DNA of 64,000 nucleotides from the human T2T-CHM13v2.0 reference genome, Homo sapiens. The notes under the pieces are model-generated. The model saw only the letters and a list, made by a program, of their open reading frames with translations, was not told where the DNA came from and did not search any database. Made by a program: the position numbers and the translations under genes. Below are positions 33,076 through 47,931 of this stretch, in pieces. The DNA lies in the NCBI GenBank assembly GCA_009914755.4, contig CP068257.2:1920001-1984000 (forward strand), written 5' to 3'. Each line of letters starts with the position of its first letter. Position 1 is the first letter of the stretch.

Positions 33076-33505
33076 AGCTTTCGGAGCAGCCCGGACAGAG
33101 CTCTCATACCTTTCCACCACCCCACCCCGGCCTGACCACCCCCTCCCGAACCCCGTCTCCCACCCCCGTAAAATGCGTCTTCCCTTAGGCTGGGTGAGGA
33201 CCCACGTCCTTCAAAACCTCGGGCCCACCCAGCCTCCAGGCCTGACAACCCTCCGACGGCTCGCCTCCTCTGAGCCTCCACGCCACCGTCGCCGGCCCGT
33301 CCGTGCCCCTGCAGCCTCCCAGCTGCCACCATGGAGTGTCTGGCGGCGGAACGCAGACTTCTAGCCCTCTTTGCCGGCCTCCTGGCTAGACCTGCGCTCA
33401 TTGCGCACCCCGGCTCGCGTGCAAGGGAGTCCGCTGGCCTCTCTGTGCCCTTGTCCGTCTATGAAATTCCGACTGAGGCTCTCCCAACACCTTCCGATGC
33501 TCTTT
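33076..33505 (+). other. D4Z4-like macrosatellite 3' fragment (region downstream of the DUX4-like ORF plus pLAM-like tail), truncated on its 5' side by the HSat1A array
   Basis: 33,082-33,505 is collinear with 47,513-47,931, by eye about 85-90% identical, e.g. ggagcagcccggacagagctctcatacctttccaccacc vs gggagcagcccaagcagagctctcatgcctttccaccacc. Both end in ccaacaccttccga(t/c)gctctttagtcaaagcctggagaatagttacatctcctggatgatcagttcagaaata. The fragment is GC-rich, in contrast with the flanking AT-rich satellite. Confidence 0.8.
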
Positions 33506-36500
33506 AGTCAAAGCCTGGAGAATAGTTACATCTCCTGGATGATCAGTTCAGAAATACATCACAATGCCCCCTCCCTGCGGAGCCTACAGAAGATTTGCAT
33601 CATTTGGGTGATCAGTGCAGAGATATATCACAATGTCCCCTGTACAAAAAGCATGGAAATGATTTACACCACCTCGGTGATCAGTGCATAGGTATGTCAG
33701 AAATCCCCAGTAGGCTGAACCTAGACAAGGGTTACATCACTTAGGTGATCAGTGTAGAGATATGTGAAAAGTCCCATGTAGACAGAGCCTAGACAAGTGT
33801 TCCATCAGCTAGTGATCAGTGCAGGGATAAGTTGTAAAGCCTACTGTAGGCAGAGTGTAGACAAGTGTTTCCTCCCTGGGGTGATCACTGTAGAGATATG
33901 TCACAAAGCCCCTGTAAGCAGAACCTTGACAAGGGTTACATCACCTGTTTGATCAGTGGAAATGTATATCACAAAGTCCCCTGTAGGCAAAGCCCAGACA
34001 ATTGTTACATCACCTGGGTGAGCAGTGGAGAGATCTGTCACAATGCCCCTGTAGGCAGAGATTAAACAAGGGTTACATCACCTGGGTGATCAGTGCAGAG
34101 ATATGTCAAAACACTCCTGTAGGATGAACCTAGACAGGAGTAACCACCCGGGTGATCAGTGCAGAGATATGTGAGAATTCCCGTGTAGACAGAGTCTAGA
34201 CAAGCGTTACATCACCTAGGTTATAAGTGCAGGTATAAGTAGTAAAGCCTCCTGTAGGCAGAGCGTAGACAAGAGTTCCCTCCCAAGGGTGATAAGTGCA
34301 GAGATGTGTCACAAAGCCCCCATAGGCAGAGCCTAGACAAGAGTTTCATCACTTGGTTGATCAGTTCAGAGATGTGTCAAAATGTCCATGTAGGCAGATC
34401 TAAGACAAGAGTCCATCACCTGTGTGATCAGTGCAGAGATATGTACCAATGTCCCCTGTAGGCAGTGCCTAGACAAGAGTTACATCACCTCAGAGATCAG
34501 TGCATAGATCTGTCACAAAGCCTTCTATAGGCAAACCCATACAAGGCTTACATCATCTAGGTGACCAGCGCAGAGATACGTCACACAAATCCTTGTAGAG
34601 AGAGCCTAGACAAGGGTTACATCACCTAGATGAACACTACAGAGATATTTCACAATATCCCCTGTAGGCAGATCGTAGACAAGAGTTGAATCACCTGGGT
34701 GATCAGTGCAGAGATATTTCACAATGACCCCTATGGGTAGACGGTAGACAAGAGTTACATCACCTAGGTGATCCGTGCAGAGATTTGTCAAAATTCCCAG
34801 TAGGCAGTACTTATAGAAGTGTTACATCACCTAAGTGATCAGTGCAGAGATATGTCACAAAGCTCCTGTAGGCAGAACTTAGATGAGTTATATCACCTGG
34901 GAGATCAGTGCAAAGGTATGTCACAAAGCCCCATGTAGGCAAAGCCTAGACAATAGTTCCATCACTTGGGTGATCAGTGGCGAGATCTCTCACAATTCCC
35001 CTGTAGGTAGAGGTTATACAACAGTTACCTCACCTGGGTGATCAGTGCAGAGATATGTCACAATGCCCCCATAGGAAGATCCAAGACAAGAGTCCGTCAC
35101 CTGGGTGATCAGTGCAGAGATATGTGAGAAATCCCGTGTAGGCAGAGCCTAGACAAGTGTTACATCAACTAGGTTATCAGTGCAGGTATAAGTCATAAAG
35201 CCTCCTATAGGCAGAGCGTAGAAAAGAGTTCCCTCCCCAGGGTGATCAGTGCAGAGATGTGTCACAAAGCCCTGTAGGCAGAGCCTAGACAAGAGATTCA
35301 TCACTTGGTTGATCAGTTCAGAGATGTGTCACAATCTCCATGTAGGCAGATCTAAGACAAGAGTCCATCACCTGGGTGATCAGTGCAGAGATATGGACCA
35401 ATATCCCCTGTAGGCAGTGCCTAGACAAGAGTTGCATCACCTCAGAGATCAGTGCAGAGATATTTCACAAAGCCTTCTGTAGGCAAAGCCCATACAAGGC
35501 TTACATCACCTAGGTGATCAGTGCAGTGATATGTCACAAAAATCCCTGTAGACAGAGACTAGAAAAGAGGTACATCAACTGGGAGATCAGTGCAGATATT
35601 TGACACAATGCCCCCATAGACAGAGCCTAGACAAGACTTCCATCACCTTGGCGATAAGTGCAGAGATATGTCACAAATCCCCCTCTAGGCAGAGTACAGA
35701 GAAGAGTCCCATCACCTGGGTGATCAGTGCAGAGATATTTCACAATGCCCCCTGTGGGCAGAGAGTGGACAAGAGTTACATAACCTAGGTGGTCTGTGCA
35801 GAGCTATATCAAAACGCCCCTGTAGGCAGAGCCTAGATAAATATTACATCACCTGGGTGATCAGTGCAGAGATACGTCACAATAACCCCTGTAGGTGGAG
35901 CCTAGACAAGAGTTACATCAACTGGGTGATCAGTGCAGAGATATGTCACAAAGCCCCTGTAGGCACAGCCTAAAGAAGTGTTACATCACCTGGGTGATCA
36001 GTGAAGAAATATGTCACAAAGCCCCTGTAGGACGAGCCTAGACAAGAGTTGTTACATCTCCTGGGTGATCAGTGCAAAGATATGTCACAAAGCCCCCTGT
36101 AGACAAATCTCAGAAAATTGTTACATCACATGGTTGATCAGTGGAGATATCTGTCAAAATTCCCCTACAGGCGCAGCTTAGACAAGCGTTACATCACATG
36201 AGTGATCATTTCAGAGATATGTCACTATGCCCCCATAGGCAGATCCAAGACAAGAGTCCATCACCTCGGTGATCAGTGCAGATATATGCCACAATGCCAC
36301 CAGTAGGCAGATATAGAGAAAGTTACATCACCTGCGTGATCAAGGCAGAGATATGTCACAATGCCCCTGTAGGCAGAGCCTAGACGAGAGTCCCATCACC
36401 TGGGTGATCAGTGCAGAGTTATGTCACAATGCCCCCTCTTGACAGAGCCTAGAAAATGGTTATATCACCTGGGTGATCAGTGCAGAGATGTGTCACAACA

Positions 36501-39500
36501 CCCCTGTAGCCAGAGCCTAGACCAGAGTTACATCACCTGGGTGATCAGTGCAGAGATATGTCATAAATCCCACTGTAGGCAAAGCCTAGACAAGTTTTAC
36601 ATCACCTCAGCGATCAGTGTAGAAATATGGCCCAATATCCCTCTAGGCAGAGCTTAGACAAGAGTCACATCTCCTGGGTGATCAGTGCAGAGAAAAGTCA
36701 CAATGCCCCCGTAGGCAGAGCATAGACGAGAGTTCCATAACCCGGGTGATCCGTGCAGAGTGATGTCACAACGCCCTCTGTAGGCAGAGACTAGAAAAGA
36801 GTTACATCACCTGGGTGATCAGTGCAGATATATGTCACAATACCCGCTGTAGGCAGAGCATAGAGAAGAGTGGCATCACCTCGGTGATCAGTGCAGATAT
36901 ATGTCACAATGTCCCCTGCAGGCAAAGCCTAGGCAAGAGTTACATCACGTTTGTCATCAGTTTAGGGATATGTGAAAACGCCCCTGTAGGCAGAGCCTAG
37001 ACAAGAGTTACATCACCTAGTTAATCAGTGCAGAGATATTTCACAATACACCCTGTAGGCAGTTACTAGGCAAGAGTTGAATCACCTGGGTGATCAGTGC
37101 AGAGATATTTCACAATGCCCCCTTTGGGCAGAGGGTAGACAAGAGTTACATCACCTAGGTGATCCGTGCAGAGATTTGTCAAAATTCCCTTTGGCAGTGC
37201 TCATAAAAGTGTTACATCACCTAAGTGATCAGTGTAAAGATATGTCACAAAGCTCCTGTAGGCAGAACTTAGATGAGTTACGTCACCTGGGAGATCAGTG
37301 CAAAGGTATGTCACAAAGCCCCATGTAGGCAAAGCCTAGACAATAGTTCCATCACTTGGGTGATCAGTGGCGAGATCTCTCACAATACCCCTGTAGGCAG
37401 AGCTTATACAACAGTTACATCATCTGGATGATCAGTGCAGAGATATGTCACAATGCCCCCATAGGCAGATCCAAGACAAGAGTCCGTCACCTGGGTGATC
37501 AGTGCAGAGATATGTGAGAATTCCCGTGTAGGCAGTGTCTAGACAAGAGTTACATCACCTAGGATATCAGTGCAGGTATAAGTCATAAAGCCTCCTGTAG
37601 GCAGAGCGTAGACAAGAGTTCCCTCCCCAGGGTGATCAGTGCAGAGATGTGTCACAAAGCCCCTGTAGGCAGAGCCTAGACAAGAGTTTCATCACTTGGT
37701 TGATCAGTTCAGAGATGTGTCACAATCTCCATGTAGGCAGATCTAAGACAAGAGTCCATTACCTGGGTGATCAGTGCAGAGATATGTACCAATGTCCCCT
37801 GAAGGCAGTGCCTAGACAAGAGTTGCATCACCTCAGATGTCAGTGCATAGATATGTCACAAAGCCTTCTGTAGGCAAAGCCCATACAAGGCTTACATCAC
37901 CTAGGTGATCAGTGCAGTGATATGTCACAAAAATCCCTGTAGACAGAGCCTAGAAAAGAGTTACATCACCTGGGTGATCAGTGCAGATATTTGACACAAT
38001 GCCCCCATAGACAGAGCCTAGACAAGACTTCCATCACCTGGTTGATCAGTGCAGAGATATGTCACAAATTCCCCTCTAGGCAGAGTATAGAGAAGAGTCC
38101 CATCACCTGGGTGATCAGTGCAGAGATATTTCACAATGCCCCCTGTAGACAGAGAGTGGACAAGAGTTACATAACCTAGGTGATCTGTGAAGAGCTATGC
38201 CAAAACGCCCCTGTAGGCAGAGCCTAGATAAATGTTACATCACCTGGGTGATCAGTGCAGAGATACGTCACAATAACCCCTGTAGGTGGAGCCTAGACAA
38301 GAGTTACATCAACTGGGTGATCAGTGCAGAGATATGTCACAAAGCCCCTGTAGGCAGAGCCTAAACAAGAGTTACATCACCTGGCTGATCAGTGCAGAAA
38401 TATGTCACAAAGCCCCTGTAGGCCCTGCCTAGCCAAGAGTTGTTACCTCTCCTGGGTGATCAGTGCAAAGATATGGCACAAAGCCCCCTGTAGACAAATC
38501 CCAGAAAATTGTTACATCACCTGGGTGATCAGTGGAGATATCTGTCAAAATTCCCCTTCAGGCACAGCTTGGACAAGCGTTACATCCCATGAGTGATCAG
38601 TGCAGAGATAAGTCATTATGCCCCCATAGGCAGATCCAAGACAAGAGTCCATCACCTGGGTGATCAGTGCAGAAATATGTCACAATGTCGACAGTAGGCA
38701 GATACAGACAAGAGTTACATCACCTGCGTGATCACTGCAGAGATATGTCACAATGCCCCTGTAGGCAGAGCCTAGACACGAGTCCCATCACCTGGGCGAT
38801 CAGTGCAGAGTTATGTCACAATGCCCCCTTTTGACAGAGCCTAGAGAAGGGTTACATCACCTGGGTGATCAGTGCAGAGATGTGTCACAAGCCCGCTGTA
38901 GCCAGAGCCTATATATGAGATACACCAGCTATGTGATCAGTGCAGTGACATGTCACAATGTCCCTGTAGCCATATCCTTGAGAAAAGTGACATCACCTCG
39001 GTGATCAGTGCGTAGATATGTCACAATATCTCCAATAGGCAGATTAGACAAGAGTTACATCTCCTGGGTGATCAGGGCAGAGATATGTCACAATGCCCCC
39101 TGTAAGCAGATCCCAGACAAGAGTTGCATCACCTCGGTGATCAGTGCAGTGATATGTCTCAATGCCCCCTGTCGTTGAAGCCTATACAAGAGTAACATCA
39201 TCTCGGTGATCAGTGCAGTGATATGTTAAAATGCCCCTGTAGGCAGAGCCTAGACAAGAGTCACATCACCTGGGTGATCAGTGCAGAGATATCTCACAAT
39301 AACCCCTGTAAGCAGAGCCTACACAACAGTTACAACACCTGGGTGATCAGTGCAGAGATATGTCATAAATCTCACTGTAGGCAAAGCCTAGACAAGTTTT
39401 ACACCACCTCAGCGATCAGTGCAGGGATATGTCCCAATGTCCCTCAAGGCAGAGCTTAGACAAGAGTCACATCTCCTGGGTGATCAGTGCAGAGATAAGT

Positions 39501-42500
39501 CACAATGACCCCGTAGGCAGAGCCTAGACAATAGTTACATAACCCGGGTGATCCGTGCAGAGTCATGTCACAACGCCCTCTGTAGGCAGAGACTAGAAAA
39601 GAGTTACATCACCTTTGTGATCAGTGCAGAGATATGTCACAATGCCCCCTGTAGGCAGAGCATAGAGAAGAGTTGCAACACCTGGGTGATCAGTGCAGAG
39701 ATATGTCACAAAGCTCCTGTAGGCAGAACTTAGATGAGTTACATCACCTGGGAGATCAGTGCAAAGGTATGTCACAAAGCCCCATGTAGGCAAAGCCTAG
39801 ACAACAGTTACATCACTTGGGTGATCAGTGGCGAGATCTCTCACAATTCCCCTGTAGACAGAGCTTATACAACAGTTACATCACCTGGGTGATCAGTGCA
39901 GAGATATGTCACAATGCCCCCATAGGCAGATCCAAGACAAGAGTCCGTCACCTGGGTGATCAGTGCAGAGATATGTGAGAATTCCCGTGTAGGCAGAGCC
40001 TAGACAAGTGTTACATCACCTAGGTTATCAGTGCAGGTATAAGTCATAAAGCCTCCTGTAGGCAGAGCGTAGACAAGAGTTCCCTCCCCAGGGTGATCAG
40101 TGCAGAGATGTGTCACAAAGCCCCTGTAGGCAGAGCCTAGACAAGAGTTTCATCACTTGGTTGATCAGTTCAGAGATGTGTCACAATGTCCACGTAGGCA
40201 GATCTAAGTCAAGACTCCATCACCTGGGTGATCTGTGCAGAGATATGTACCAATGTCCCCTGTAGGCAGTGCCTAGACAAGAGTTGCATCACCTCAGAGA
40301 TCAGTGCAGAGATATTTCACAAAGCCTTCTGTAGGCAAAGCCCATACAAGGCTTACATCACCTAGGTGATCAGTGCAGTGATATGTCAAAAAAATCTCCG
40401 TAGACAGAGCCTAGAAAAGAGGTACATCACCTGGGTGATCAGTGCAGATATTTGACAGAATGCCCCCATAGACAGAGCCTAGACAAGACTTCCATCACCT
40501 TGGCGATCAGTGCAGAGATATGTCACAAATCCCCCTCTAAGCAGAGTACAGAGAAGAGTCCCATCACCTGATTGATCAGTGCAGAGATGTTTCACAATGT
40601 CCCCTGTAGGCAGAGAGTGGACAAGGGTTACATAACCTAGGTGATCTGTGGAGAGCTATGTCAAAACGCCCCTGTAGGCAGAGCCTAGATAAATGTTACA
40701 TCACCTGGGTGATCAGCGCAGAGATAGGTCACAATACCCCTGTAGGTGGAGCCTAGACAAGAGTTACATCAACTGGGTGATCAGTGCAGAGATATGTCAC
40801 AAATCCCTGATAGGCAGAGCCTAGACAAGAGTCCCATCACCTGGGTGATCATTGCAGAGTTATGTCACAAAACCCCCTTTTGACAGAGCCTAGACAAGGG
40901 TTACATCACCTGGGTGATCATTGCAGAGATGTGTCACAAGCCCCCTGTAGCCAGAGCCTGGAAAAGAGTTACATCTGCTGTGTGATCAGTGCAGTGACAT
41001 TTCACAATGTCCCTGTAGCCATATCCTTGAGAAAAGTGACATCACCTGGGTGATCAGTGCGGAGATATATCACATTGTCTCCAGTAGGCAGAGCCTAGAC
41101 AAGAGTTACATCACCTGGGTGATCAGGGCAGAGATATGTCACAATGACCCCTGTAAGCAGATATGAGACAAGAGTTGCATCACCTCGGTGATCAGTGCAG
41201 ATTTATGTCTCAATGCACCTTTTCAGCGAAGCCTATACAAAAGTTACATCATCTCGGTGATCAGTGCAGTGATATGTTAAAATGCCCCTGTAGGCAGAGC
41301 CTAGACAAGAGTTACATCACCTGGGTGATCAGTGCAGAGATATCTCATAATACTCCCTTTAAGCAGAACCTAGACAAGAGTTACATCACCTGGGTGATTA
41401 ATGCAGAGATATGTCATAAATCCCACGTAGGCAAAGCCTAGACAAGTTTTATATAACCTCAGCGATCAGTGCAGAGATATGTCCCAATGTCCCTCTAGGC
41501 AGAGCTTAGAAAAGGGTCACACCTCCTGAGTGATCAGTGCAGAGATAAGTCACAATGCCCCCATAGGCAGAGCCTAGAGGAGAGTTACATAACCCTGGTG
41601 ATCCGTGCAGAGTGATGTCACAACGCCCTCTGTAGGCAGAGACTAGAAAAGAGTTACATCACCTGGGTGATCAGTGCAGAGATATGTCACAATGCCCCCA
41701 GGAGGCAGAGCATAGAGAAGAGTTGCATCACATGGGTGATCAGTGCAGAGATATGTCAAAATGTCCCCTGTAGGCAGAGTATAGAGAAGAGTTGCATCAC
41801 ATGGGTGATCAGTGCAGAGATATGTCAGAATGTCCCCTGTAGGCAGAGCATAGAGAAGAGTTGCATCACCTGGGTGATCAGTGCGGAGATATGTCACAAT
41901 GTCCCCTGTAGGCAAAGCCTAGGCAAGAGTTGCATCACCTAGGTGATCAGTGCAGATATATGTCCAATGTCCCCTGTAGGCAAAGCCTAGGCAAGAGTTA
42001 CATCACCTTTGTCATCAGTTCAGGGATATGTGAAAATGCCCCTGTAGGCAGAGGCTAGAGAAGAGTTACATCACTTTGTTGATCAGTGCAGATATGTTTC
42101 ACAATACCCCCTGTAGGCAGATCTTAGACAAGAGTTGAATCACCTTGGTGATCAGTGCAGAGATATTTCACAATGCCCCCTTTGGGCAGAGGGTAGACAA
42201 GAGATACATCACCTAGGTGATCCGTGCAAAGATTTGTCAAATTTCCCTGAAGGCAGTGCTTATGAAAGTGTTACATCAGCTAAGTGATCAGTGCAGAGAT
42301 ATGTCACAAAGCTCCTGTAAGCAGAATTTAGATGAGTTACATAACCGGGTGATCATTGCACAGGTATGTCACAAAGCCCCCTGTAGGCAAAGCCTAGACA
42401 ATAGTTCCATCACTTGGGTGATCAGTGGCGAGGTCTCTCACAATTCCCCTGTAGGCAGAGCTTATACAAGAGTTACATCACCTAGGTGATCAGTGCAGAG

Positions 42501-45160
42501 ATATTTCACAATGCTCTTGCAGGCAGAGCGTAAGCAAGAGTTACATCACCTAGATGATCAGCGCAGAGATATGTCACAAGGCCCCCTATAGGCAGAGCCT
42601 GGACAAGAGTTACATCACCTCGGTGATCAATGCAGCGATATGTCACTATGACCCGTAGGCAGAGCCTAGTCAAGCGTTACATCACCTGGGTGATCAGTGC
42701 ACATATATGTCACAAAGCCCCCATACACAGAGCCTAGACGAGAGTCCCATCACCTGGGTATTCAGTGCAGAGTTCTGTCACAAATTCCCTTTAGGCAGAT
42801 CCTAGACAAGTGTTACATCACTTGGATGATCAGTGTAAAGATATGTCACAATGTCACTGTAGGCAGAGTCTAGACAAGAGTTACATGACGTAGGTGATCA
42901 GTGCAGAGATACATCGCAATGTCCCTGTAGGCAGAGCCTTGACAAGTGGTACATCACCTGGGTGATCATTGCAGGGATATGTCACAAATCACCCTGTAGG
43001 CAGATCCTAGAAAAGAGTTACATCACCTAGGTGATCAGTGCAGAGATTTGTCAAAATTCCCTGTGGGCAGTGCTTATATAAGTGTTGCATCACCTAAGAG
43101 ATCAGTGCAGAGATACGTCACAAAGCTCCTGTAGGCAGAATTTAGATGAGTTTACATCACCTCGGTGATCAGTGCAAAGCTATGTCACAAATCCCCTGTA
43201 GGCAAAGCCTAGACAATAGTTACATCACTTGTGTGATCAGTGGTGAGATCTCTCACAATTCCCCTGTCGGCAGAGATTATACAATAGTTACATCACCTGG
43301 GTGATCAGTGCAGAGATATGTAACAGTACCCCCATAGGCAGATCCAAGACAAGAGTCCGTCACCTGGGTGATCAGTGCAGAAATATGTCACAAAGCCCCC
43401 TTAGGCAGAGCCTAGACAAAAGACCCATCACCTGGATGATTAGTGCAGAGTTATGTCACAAAGTCCCTTTAGGCAGATCTTAGACAAGAGTTACATCACT
43501 TGGATGATCAGTGCAGAGATATGTCACAATGCCAATGTAAGCAGAGCCTAGATAAGTGTTACATGACCTAGGTGAACACTGCAGGGATACATCGCAATGT
43601 CCCTGTAGGCAGAGCCTTGACAAGTGGTACATCACCTGGGTGATCATTGCAGGGATATGTCACAAGGCACCCTGTAGGCATATCCTAGAAAAGAGTTACA
43701 TCACCTGGGTGATCAGTGCAGAGATATGTCACAATGCCACTGTAGGCAGAGCCTAGACAAGAGTTACATGACCTAGGTGATCAGTGCAGAGATACATCGC
43801 AATGCCCCTGTAGGTAGAGCCTTGGCAAGTGGCATATCACCTGGGTGATCATTGCAGGGATATGTCACAAGGCACCCTGTAGGCATATCCTAGAAAAGAG
43901 TTACATCACCTGGGTGATCAGTGCAGAGATATGTCACAATGCCACTGTAGGCAGAGCCTAGACAAGAGTTACATGACCTAGGTGATCAGTGCAGAGATAC
44001 ATCGCAATGCCCCTGTAGGCAGAGCCTTGAAAAGTGGTATATCACCTGGGTGATCATTGCAGGGATATGTCACAAAGCACCCTGTAGGCAGATCCTAGAG
44101 AAGAGTTATATCACCTGAGTGATCAGTGCAGAGATATGTCACAAGCCCCCTGTAGGCAGAGCCTAGACAAGAGTTATATCACCTGGGTGATCAGTGCAGT
44201 GATATGTCACAATGCCGTGCAGCCAGATCCTAGACTAAATTTACAGCACCTGGGAGATCAGTGCAGAGATATGTCACAATGTCCCCAGTAGGCAGAGACC
44301 AGGCAAGAGTTGGATCACCTCGGGATCAGTGCAGAGATATGTCTCAATCCCCCTGTGGGCACAGCCTAGACAAGAGTTACATCACCTAGGTTAACAGTGC
44401 AGAGATATGTCGAAATGCCCTGTAGGCAGAACCTACACAAGTGTTACATCACTTAGGTAATCAGTGCAGAGATATGTCACAATACCCCCTGTAAGCAGAG
44501 CCTAGACAAGAGTTAGATCACCTGGGTGAACAATGAAGAGATATGTGGCAACGCCCCTTTAAGCAGAGCCTAGACAATAGTTACATCACCTGAGTGATCA
44601 GTGCAGAGATCTGTCACAATGCCCCTTTAGGCAGAGCTCAGAACAGAGTTACATCACCTGGGTGATCAGTGCGGATATATGTCACAATGCCCCCATAGGC
44701 AAATCCAAGACAAGGGTCTGTCACCTGGGTGATCAGTGCAGAAATATGTGACAATGCCCCCAGTAGGCAGAGCCAAGAGAAGAGTCCCACTACCTGGGTG
44801 ATCAGTGCAGAGATATGTGACAAGGACCCTTTAAGAAGAACCTAGACTATAGTTACATCACCTGAGTGATCAGTGCAGAGATCTGTCACAATGACCCTTT
44901 AGGCAGAGCTTAGACCAGAGTTACATCACCTGCGTGATCAGTGCAGAGATATTTCACAATGCCCCCATAGGCAGATCCAACACAAGAGTTACATCACCTG
45001 GGTGATCCGTGTAGAGATATGTCACAATGCCCCCATAGGCATAGCCTAGAAAAAAGTCCCATCACCTGGGTGATCAGTGCAGAGATATGTCACAAAGTCC
45101 CAGTAGGCAGAGCCTAGACAAGGTTTACATCACTTTGTTGATCAGTTCCGAGATGTGTCA
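33506..45160. repeat. Beta satellite (68-bp Sau3A family) array, block 1
   Basis: It consists of 68-bp monomers of the form catcacctgggtgatcagtgcagagatatgtcacaatgcccctgtaggcagagcctagacaagagttacatcacc, each with one GATC. About 2.4-kb HOR copies lie at roughly 35.1-42.4 kb: track peptides 35600/37991 and 36421/38813 repeat at 2391-2392 bp. A 204-bp trimer sub-HOR occupies 43,540-44,160. Confidence 0.9.
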
Positions 45161-47931
<2,771 letters not shown>

